Origin: Aeropyrum pernix K1
Lineage (GTDB): Archaea > Thermoproteota > Thermoprotei_A > Sulfolobales > Acidilobaceae
DNA: 32,000 nucleotides
Assembly (NCBI RefSeq): GCF_000011125.1
Contig: NC_000854.2
Coordinates: forward strand, 1,020,001-1,052,000
Direction: 5' to 3'
The notes beneath the pieces were generated by a model. The model made no database searches. It was given only the letters and a program-made list of their open reading frames with translations, and was not told the origin of the DNA. The first letter of the stretch is position 1. The number at the start of each line of letters is the position of its first letter. Both the position numbers and the translations under genes were made by a program. Positions 1 to 6,908 of this stretch are shown piece by piece.

Positions 1-297
1 CGGCCAGAGATGAGAGGCTCCAGCGGCCTCCTCGCAATCCCCTCAATCTCCTCCTCCGGCAGCATGCTCACAATAACTTTGGAAACATCGTCGAACACCC
101 TGCAACAGTCTCCCTCACGCCTCGCCTCATAAACCCTCTCCGCCATAAATATGGCTGCCTGCTGCCCGCCCATGCCGGAACCGTCCCCGAGGACAGGCCT
201 CTCAGCTCCGAATCCGGTGGATAGGCCTAGGCTGGAGCAGCGGGACAGCTTGCACAGTAGGCGTGACAGCCTAGAGGCCTCGAACCCCTCAAACCTG
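1..297 (-). CDS. Hypothetical protein, partial (runs off left edge); start codon uncertain, reading frame overlaps the end of the next gene
   Basis: Open minus frame encodes ...GMGGQQAAIFMAERVYEARREGDCCRVFDDVSKVIVSMLPEEEIEGIARRPLEPLISG and stays open to base 1. The antisense ORF at 151..333 + has a less protein-like composition. Confidence 0.45.
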
Positions 298-978
298 CCT
301 TGCCTTCTCCGCTGCTGCCTGGACAATAGATAACACCTCCTCCACCACCGGCCCGAAGGAGTCGGGCCTCGGAGACGCTACCGCGAGGACGAGTCTTCTG
401 CTGGGGACAATAGAGACCCGGAAAACGGCTCCAAGGCGGGCAAGCCTACCCCACAACTCTCTTGCCACGGCCAGTGCATCCCCTTCCGTGGCATAGGCCT
501 CCGCAGCAAGGTCCGGCAGCTTCAGCCTCTGCAGCTTCCTCCTTAGGGGGCTCTGTTTAACATCCTTCTCAACAAGCTGGACAACGTCTATCCCACCACG
601 CCTGTATATGTGGGCTTCGCCCCTGACGCCCAGCGAGTCTCTCGCCTCAACAGCGACTTCCAGCTTCTCACGCCTCCTGAATAGTATTATTATGGGGAGG
701 TAGAAGAAGGCGTGGTACGGTGGAGTTGTGTAGGTTATGTACACCTTCTTTATGGGCCCCCTGTTGACCCAGTACTCCGCTGTAAACCCTACTAGATAGC
801 CGTGCACCACATACCTCCTGTCACGGGGCTTGACGATCTGCTCGAAAAGCTTGACGAGGCTCGACTGCCTCCTGATCATCCTCTTCCTAACCTGGAAGAA
901 CCAGGCCACGCTGGGTAGAGCAGCAAGTATTAGCACCACTATTGCGTTAGCTAGAGTCTCCCCGGTTATCTCCACCAA
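289..978 (-). CDS. Conserved-looking archaeal protein with one N-terminal transmembrane segment, function unknown
   Basis: 229-aa ORF; hydrophobic N-terminus (LANAIVVLILAALPSVAWFF) followed by a charged soluble domain. Confidence 0.75.
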   Translation of the reverse strand: MVEITGETLANAIVVLILAALPSVAWFFQVRKRMIRRQSSLVKLFEQIVKPRDRRYVVHGYLVGFTAEYWVNRGPIKKVYITYTTPPYHAFFYLPIIILFRRREKLEVAVEARDSLGVRGEAHIYRRGGIDVVQLVEKDVKQSPLRRKLQRLKLPDLAAEAYATEGDALAVARELWGRLARLGAVFRVSIVPSRRLVLAVASPRPDSFGPVVEEVLSIVQAAAEKARQV

Positions 979-1098
979 ACCCGCCTCACACCCTCTACAG
1001 GGGGTGTCCGCCCTGAGGCGTACGAGGGCTCCAGCCAGACACCCTAATTAAAGTGTGTTGCCTTCGAAGGTTTAACACTTGTTTTGGGATTCCATGAA

Positions 1099-3051
1099 CT
1101 AGGCCTCTGCAGTAGTGTAGTTTTTCAAAGCGTTCTCGAAGAGCCTGGCATCGCCGGCACCAACCCTTGCCCCGGCGATTCTCAATCTCCCGGGTAGCTT
1201 CTTCTCTATCTCCTCAGGCGGTATAGCCTCTACCTTCAAAGCCTCCTCCTCACCAGCGGCTTTAGCGGTGAGCCGCGAGAGTGTAGACCTAAGTTTCTCC
1301 GCCGCCTCCCCGGGGCTCATGTCCCCCGGGAGTACCGTGGCGTATGCTACTGAGTATCTCGAGACGGCCTCCTCGCTGCCAGCCACTATATAGGGTACAT
1401 CCTTGTGCATAACTATTCCGAGGGCAAGCTTCAGTGGGACATGGTGTATGTAGTTCCTCTTCCCATATACCATGAACGCGCCTCGTGCTAGATACTCTCC
1501 GGCGGGGGGACTCTTTGAAACCTGGCTCCCGTAGACCCAGTAGACGCTCACGCCCCCGGCTCCAGCCTTCCAGGCCCTGCTGTACGCGGCCGCCAGCACA
1601 GCAGCATCATATATGTCATCATCGCCCGGTTGGAGCCTTCTCGTGAGCAGCACAGTCGCCGGCGCCCCATGTATATCCGCGTGGAGGAAAATGTCGTCAT
1701 CCCCCAGGTACCTCTTCACCACACTCTCATTCTGCCCGGCATCCCTCCCACCTATGGCTAGAAAGCCGTTCCTGGTTATCGTCCAATGGTACTTCTCAAA
1801 CCAGAATCTCTTCCGCCCCTCAATAATCCTCCTCAGACTCCTGAGCCTGGCCCTCCTAACAGCCTCCTCCAGCCTAGACCTGGCCTCTGCAAATGCCTTC
1901 TCAGCCCTCTCAGCCTTAGCCTCGAGCTCCCCCGCCTCCCGGTAGAGCCTTAGAATCAGCTTGCCCGCGTCTTCACCCCGCTGCGCCGCCACCCTCAAGC
2001 CACCCAGGTCTAGTAGGACGGTCTTCCCCCTGACCTCCACCACTGGAGCCTCCTTCTCGCCTCTGGCAGCGCTACGGAGAGCCTCGTCGACCTCCTGATA
2101 CGCTGATGCAACCGCCTCCGCGGCTTTCCTCAGCTCCTCCGCCCTCCGCCGGTACTCTTCCGCGAGCTTCATAGCCTCCTCCATGCTCTTTCGCAGCCTT
2201 GCAACTTCAGGATGCTCCACCTCTACGCCGCCTGGGGTGAAGAGCTCGTCCAGCGCGCTGTGGAACGTGGAGTGTTCGTCGCAATGGAGCCTCGTCCTCC
2301 TGAAGGGGTCCGCCTCCAGCCCCCGCTCTCCGCGGCAAAGATAGCCTCTACCCTGTAGCGACTCCTTGTAAATCTCGTTGAGCGCTCTCGCTATGCAGCC
2401 CCACTCGCCGGGCCCCAGCTCTGAGGGCCGGGTTGAGTAGTCCACGCCACACCTGTCTAGAGCCTCTTCTGCAGCCTCGCCTGGCACTTTAGCGCCCCTC
2501 ACAAGCCCCCTGACCGCGTCCGCTCCTCTCGAGGCTAGCTCCGAAAGCTCTCCGGACTCCTTTAGGAACGGGTTTTCCTCCTGCAGGGGCGGCGGCCTGT
2601 ACTGCGTCTTAGGCTTCAACACCCTGTCCCTAAACTCGGCCACAACTGTGGTAGCCTCGATAACGCCCTCACTATTGACGAGGACAAGGCTTCCTCTGGG
2701 CATAATCTCGACGTATAGTCTGTGGCCTGTGGAGAAGGAGAGTTCAACGATCCTGTCGAAGCCGAGCTGCCTGACCCCCTCGAGCCTCGAGCCCCTGACC
2801 CTCTTCCTGAGGATTGCTACGAAGCCTGTGGGGACAACCTCCCTAAGGGCGGCCGTTCTGCTGGTGGCGTGGATTCTCACCGAGGGTTCGGCGATGACGT
2901 TCACAGTGCCAGTGGGGCCCTTAAACTTCATTAAAACGCCCTTCTTCTCGGGCGGCCAGTATATGTTGTCGAGCCTGGCGCCTCTAAGCATATTGTCTAG
3001 CTGGATAGCGGCTATGTGTACGTCAAGACTGTTCATCGACTTCCTAGCCAC
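1099..3051 (-). CDS. rqcH: NEMF/RqcH (FbpA/NFACT, DUF814) family ribosome quality control protein
   Basis: 650-aa ORF; N-terminal MNSLDVHIAAIQLDNMLRGARLDNIYWPP, central coiled coil, C-terminal NFACT-R-like KRFWFEKYHWTITRNGFLAIGGRDAGQNESVVKRYLGDDDIFLHADIHGAP. The true start may be the internal M of MNSLDV. Confidence 0.93.
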   Translation of the reverse strand: MARKSMNSLDVHIAAIQLDNMLRGARLDNIYWPPEKKGVLMKFKGPTGTVNVIAEPSVRIHATSRTAALREVVPTGFVAILRKRVRGSRLEGVRQLGFDRIVELSFSTGHRLYVEIMPRGSLVLVNSEGVIEATTVVAEFRDRVLKPKTQYRPPPLQEENPFLKESGELSELASRGADAVRGLVRGAKVPGEAAEEALDRCGVDYSTRPSELGPGEWGCIARALNEIYKESLQGRGYLCRGERGLEADPFRRTRLHCDEHSTFHSALDELFTPGGVEVEHPEVARLRKSMEEAMKLAEEYRRRAEELRKAAEAVASAYQEVDEALRSAARGEKEAPVVEVRGKTVLLDLGGLRVAAQRGEDAGKLILRLYREAGELEAKAERAEKAFAEARSRLEEAVRRARLRSLRRIIEGRKRFWFEKYHWTITRNGFLAIGGRDAGQNESVVKRYLGDDDIFLHADIHGAPATVLLTRRLQPGDDDIYDAAVLAAAYSRAWKAGAGGVSVYWVYGSQVSKSPPAGEYLARGAFMVYGKRNYIHHVPLKLALGIVMHKDVPYIVAGSEEAVSRYSVAYATVLPGDMSPGEAAEKLRSTLSRLTAKAAGEEEALKVEAIPPEEIEKKLPGRLRIAGARVGAGDARLFENALKNYTTAEA

Positions 3052-3134
3052 ACCTCCCTCCCTGAAAAACTAGTCTGTCCGCCAGTTCTTAGCCTCGACT
3101 CTTCACTATCCCCGGGGTTCCTCGACAGGCCAGT

Positions 3135-3617
3135 CTAGTCCTTGCCCTTGTACTCTACAACAGCGCCTGTTGCCCAGTCTATGAAGACTACCTCCTTCAC
3201 ACCGACACTCTTTATCTTAGCCTCAACGTCCGCCAGGAGCCTCTTCCATAGACTCCAGTTTATGAATTTACAGTAGTAGCAGCCTGGGTCGCTCCCCGTG
3301 TAGTCGATGAATATAGCGGCTTTCGAGCCGTCGCGGGAGAGCCTTATCCTCTTCACAACACCGGAGGTTACAAGGTCTATGTCAAACCCTGGCACCTCGG
3401 TGGACGCCAAAACTTCTTCAACCTTCTTAAGCGTCGTCACGAGGTTTGCTGGAAGGCCTGCCTGCTGCGGCACAGCCGCTGGCTCGGTGGAGCTGGGCTT
3501 CCTCCCTGCGGAAGCTCCGAAGAGCCTGCCAAGCAGGCTTTTTATACTTCTCTCCATACGTTCAAACCCTTCATAGAGGAGTGTACACTGCCTCAATATA
3601 TCTTTGCTTATAAACAT
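3135..3617 (-). CDS. Small archaeal protein, possible DUF59/MIP18-like domain
   Basis: 160-aa ORF; the segment DIDLVTSGVVKRIRLSRDGSKAAIFIDYTGSDPGCYYCKFINWSLWKRLLADVEAKIKSVGVKEVVFID has a DUF59-like layout. Assignment by eye only. Confidence 0.55.
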   Translation of the reverse strand: MFISKDILRQCTLLYEGFERMERSIKSLLGRLFGASAGRKPSSTEPAAVPQQAGLPANLVTTLKKVEEVLASTEVPGFDIDLVTSGVVKRIRLSRDGSKAAIFIDYTGSDPGCYYCKFINWSLWKRLLADVEAKIKSVGVKEVVFIDWATGAVVEYKGKD

Positions 3618-3671
3618 CGCCAGGACCTCGTGCAGCTCAGCCCTTATGAAGCTTCTGCAGCAGCCTCATAG

Positions 3672-4727
3672 TCAACGCTGGCGGCTCTCACCCACCCCCT
3701 CCCTTATTCTCTGATACCGCCTGACAAGCGTTTTCTTGACAGGGACCATTATGACTACGGCCCTTAGAAGCTCGGGTATCCTAGCCACCAGCGACCTAGC
3801 TATGGCCACGGAGGTCCTGAAGGACTTGTCAAGCGTGGCGCGTGCAGGGTACTCTACCCATACTTCCGCCTCCGCGAAGGTGCCATAGGACTCTACTCTT
3901 ATCCTCCTGGGCCTGTAGCCCATTTCAGACAGCACGAGCTCAATTTGCCTTCTAACCCTCGCCCTCTCGTCGCCAGGACCTGGGCCCACTAGGTATAGGA
4001 GGTTCTTCAGTGCGATAGAGCCCAGGCCGTAGAGCAGGTAGAGGCCGACGCCCACGACTATTACCGTCTCGAATACAGTGAGCCCTGTCAAGTTTGTGAC
4101 TATTATCACGGCAGCGCCAGCCTCCTCCAGCAGCACGTCGAGCCTCAGCTTCTCCGCAACGAACTTAAGCGATACAAGCCTAACCTCCAGCCTCTTGAGC
4201 TTGCCGAATAGGTACCTCTCAATGACGTATGACACCAGGCCGCTCACACCTGGATAGAGGGCGAGGAGGATGGGGGTGGGCTCGCTGCCCTTTGAGAACA
4301 GGGCCTTCCACATCACAAACACTACTACCGCGACGCCTACCAACGCCGAGTGGAGGGCCATAAGACTCTCTATCCTCAGTATCTCGAACCTTGCCTTGTA
4401 GTATACCGTCCGGGACGCCGCTATGTTGAAGGCGACCGCAAGGCTGAAGAAGGTTATAGCCTCAACAAACCATACGAAAGCCTCCACCAGGACTACGCTG
4501 CTGGGGAAGACCAGAAGGTACAGTGTAACGCCTGCAGCCGCCATGAGCGCGGATACTATGGCTGACGCGTATATGTATTTTATCAGGTCGGTTGCCTTGA
4601 GGATCTTACGCGCCGAAACGCTGGGCGCCTGAACCCTCCGGGCCCACCTGACGCCAGCAGAGTTCGAGCCATGGCCAGCACCACCCCCCTCGGGGGCCCC
4701 GGCGCCTCTTGCTCTCTCCGCCGCCAC
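3672..4727 (-). CDS. Cation diffusion facilitator (cation efflux) family membrane protein
   Basis: 351-aa ORF; multiple TM segments plus a soluble C-terminal domain (GPGPGDERARVRRQIELVLSEMGYRPRRIRVESYGTFAEAEVWVEYPARATLDKSFRTSVAIARSLVARIPELL) typical of CDF transporters. Confidence 0.8.
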   Translation of the reverse strand: MAAERARGAGAPEGGGAGHGSNSAGVRWARRVQAPSVSARKILKATDLIKYIYASAIVSALMAAAGVTLYLLVFPSSVVLVEAFVWFVEAITFFSLAVAFNIAASRTVYYKARFEILRIESLMALHSALVGVAVVVFVMWKALFSKGSEPTPILLALYPGVSGLVSYVIERYLFGKLKRLEVRLVSLKFVAEKLRLDVLLEEAGAAVIIVTNLTGLTVFETVIVVGVGLYLLYGLGSIALKNLLYLVGPGPGDERARVRRQIELVLSEMGYRPRRIRVESYGTFAEAEVWVEYPARATLDKSFRTSVAIARSLVARIPELLRAVVIMVPVKKTLVRRYQRIREGVGESRQR

Positions 4728-4773
4728 TCCCTCCTTCTCCTCCCGCAGGACTTAGACCCCTAAGCTAACCTAC

Positions 4774-6048
4774 TTAACCAGCCAGGAGGCTAAGAGTTTT
4801 TGGAATAATTCTGTAGCCGCCTATGATCGTTCCCAGCCGTCCTCTGAGGCACACGGTCTCAGAGAACTTTCCAATAGAGCCCTGTATGCTCTGGTGCGAT
4901 ATCATGAGAGGGACTGGATCACCGCTGTGGGCGCCAACATCCCACGGCGTCGCATGGTCGGAGGTAACGACGAACGCAGGCTCCAGGCCAGCGGAACTTA
5001 GCCTGTCCAGCAGAGGGGCGAAGAAGTGTTTGTCTATATCCTCCACGGCCCTGATCTTGCCCTCGAAGCTCCCGTCATGACCGGGCTCGTCCGGCCCCTT
5101 TAGATGCACGTACACTAGATCGTGCGTCTCTAGGGCCTCGACAGCCCTAGCTGCTTCCTCCCTGTACACCTCCTCCCTAGCCCTGCCCTCGATCTCGACT
5201 CGGATATCATCGAGGCCTATATACCTGGATATCCCCCTCTCTACAACCATCTCCACAATACTCGCTCCCCTGAGGCCGAATCTCTCCTGGAAGGATGGCG
5301 GCTTCTCCTCAGGCAAACCACCGGCATCCCGCGACAGTATAGCGTTCGCCTTTAACAGACCCCTCTTCTCCCTAGCCAGGTTCACAGGATGACTGTCCAG
5401 GATCTCCACCGCCTTTAAAGTAAACTCGTTGAGCATCCTGGCAGCAAGCACAGCAGCCTCGTCCTCGACAAGAGGGTTTGAGAGTTTTATGAAGGGCTCG
5501 TACTTCTCGAGGGCAACACTGAACCTCCCCCTCCTCTCATAGGCCGGGTCAGTGTTCGATATAGCGTCGCTAAGCGGCTTGCTCCTGTGCCTAAGAACAA
5601 GCACGCCCCGATGGCCTATAGTAGCCCTAAAGAGCGCTGTCCCCTCCCCATCCTCCAGCTCCATCCCATCCACTGCGGAGGCGAGCTCCCTGGCCTCACG
5701 GGACGTAAGGCTCCTCCCAACCCTCCTGTCTATTATTCTCAGCGTCCCCGGATCGACCGTGGCGAAGTTCGCCCTGAGGGCTATGTCACCCCTCCTCATC
5801 TCTATACCCGCGCCGAAGGCCTCGAGAGGCCCTCTCCCGGGATAGTATTCATCGGGATTATAGCCCAGGAGGCTTAGGGTCGCATAGTCGCTCTGCGGCG
5901 CTACCCCAGGTTTCACCGTGTACACCATTCCGCAGACTGCATGAGAGCCAAGCGAGTCGATGTTTGGCTTGCTTGCCTCCTCCAGCGTCTTACGCGGCGA
6001 GGTCGGCGAGTCCGCGGCCCCGTCCAGAACAATGTACAGAATCTTCAC
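4774..6048 (-). CDS. apgM: 2,3-bisphosphoglycerate-independent phosphoglycerate mutase, archaeal type
   Basis: Protein from GTG at 6048: VKILYIVLDGAADSPTSPRKTLEEASKPNIDSLGSHAVCGMVYTVKPGVAPQSDYATLSLLGYNPDEYYPGRGPLEA. C-terminal motifs VHLKGPDEPGHDG and VTSDHATPWDVGAHSGDPVPLMI. The 80-aa N-terminal extension in the track (6049..6288) is not protein-like for this family. Confidence 0.95.
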   Translation of the reverse strand: MKILYIVLDGAADSPTSPRKTLEEASKPNIDSLGSHAVCGMVYTVKPGVAPQSDYATLSLLGYNPDEYYPGRGPLEAFGAGIEMRRGDIALRANFATVDPGTLRIIDRRVGRSLTSREARELASAVDGMELEDGEGTALFRATIGHRGVLVLRHRSKPLSDAISNTDPAYERRGRFSVALEKYEPFIKLSNPLVEDEAAVLAARMLNEFTLKAVEILDSHPVNLAREKRGLLKANAILSRDAGGLPEEKPPSFQERFGLRGASIVEMVVERGISRYIGLDDIRVEIEGRAREEVYREEAARAVEALETHDLVYVHLKGPDEPGHDGSFEGKIRAVEDIDKHFFAPLLDRLSSAGLEPAFVVTSDHATPWDVGAHSGDPVPLMISHQSIQGSIGKFSETVCLRGRLGTIIGGYRIIPKTLSLLAG

Positions 6049-6112
6049 AGCCCAGACACCGGAGACCCTTAATATCGGCCCCGAACAATAAGTCTTCGCC
6101 CGGGGCTGTGGG

Positions 6113-6271
6113 TTGAAAGCCAGCGTTAGGAGGCTCACCGGCAACCTCGTTCTGGTTGAGACGGAGCTGGGGCAGAAGTGTGTGGTCCCCGAGAGCGAGC
6201 TGTGTTCCCTCGCCGAGCGTTTTGGTCTGGAGATTGAGGGGCTTGACTGTCCAGCCTCGGGGAAAGCCTGA
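6113..6271 (+). CDS. Small 52-aa ORF not in the supplied track (below 60 aa), TTG start
   Basis: Translates as (L/M)KASVRRLTGNLVLVETELGQKCVVPESELCSLAERFGLEIEGLDCPASGKA*. Composition is protein-like, it fills the gap between apgM and the tRNA, and it contains three Cys. Confidence 0.45.
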   Translation: MKASVRRLTGNLVLVETELGQKCVVPESELCSLAERFGLEIEGLDCPASGKA

Positions 6272-6343
6272 GCTTGGTCTGTCTTCAAAACTATATTAGC
6301 CCCAGGCCTATTATGACACTATAATACTATGGCGGGGTAGCCT

Positions 6344-6420
6344 AGCGGGGTAGGGTAGCCTGGCAGCCCGCGGGGCTCATAACCCCGAGGTCGGTGGTTC
6401 AAATCCACCCCCCGCTACCA
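6344..6420 (+). tRNA. tRNA-Met(CAU), probable initiator; no intron; CCA encoded
   Basis: Cloverleaf AGCGGGG-TA-GGGT-AGCCTGGCA-GCCC-G-CGGGG-CTCATAA-CCCCG-AGGTC-GGTGG-TTCAAAT-CCACC-CCCCGCT-A-CCA. It has the A1:U72 pair and three consecutive G:C pairs at 29-31:39-41, both initiator hallmarks. Confidence 0.95.
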
Positions 6421-6439
6421 TAAGCGGGGCCCCGCCGCC

Positions 6440-6886
6440 ATGACAAGGGTAGACTGTGGCGGATCGCCCACACCTATCCCGGAGGTCCTCAAACACTATC
6501 CATGGCTACTGCCGATATTCTGGATTATAACCAGAGGTGTGGAAGAGCCGGGCGAGATCACACTCGAGACTGTGTCAGGGAGGCTAGGGGTTCCAAAGAG
6601 GCTGGCCCGCACTCTTGTCCACTATGCTGTTAAGGCTGGGATATTGCATAGGAGCGGCGGCAGCTACAAGGCCTACGCTCCAGCTTGCATCGATGTTATT
6701 GATGTTAGGAGGAAGGGTAGATACTACGCTGCCGTCGTAGGTGATACTGTGTATGTGGCGAAGACGCTCTCCAGAAGGGTTAGGTGGTTCACAGTCCCCA
6801 GGGAGCATATTGGGGAGTTGGAGACGCTGGAGGGGAAGGCGAGGTACAGGGCTGTTGTGGCGAAAAAGGTCCTAGGAGACATGTGA
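6440..6886 (+). CDS. Small protein with probable winged-helix/HTH N-terminus, function unknown
   Basis: 148-aa ORF starting 20 nt after the tRNA; EEPGEITLETVSGRLGVPKRLARTLVHYAVKAGIL resembles an HTH. Confidence 0.7.
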   Translation: MTRVDCGGSPTPIPEVLKHYPWLLPIFWIITRGVEEPGEITLETVSGRLGVPKRLARTLVHYAVKAGILHRSGGSYKAYAPACIDVIDVRRKGRYYAAVVGDTVYVAKTLSRRVRWFTVPREHIGELETLEGKARYRAVVAKKVLGDM

Positions 6887-6908
6887 AAAGGACGTCTCCA
6901 CAGTGCTC

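Noticed and set aside
1613-1945. Plus-strand ORF opposite rqcH (and similar ones at 2648..3073)
   Set aside because: Ser/Leu-rich antisense shadow ORFs typical of GC-rich coding DNA; rqcH is clear on the other strand.
6049-6288. 80-aa N-terminal extension of the apgM ORF in the supplied track
   Set aside because: ApgM proteins start at the VKILYIVLDGA segment. The extension is non-homologous, and a minus-strand TATA-like GATATTAA lies about 25 nt upstream of the GTG at 6048.
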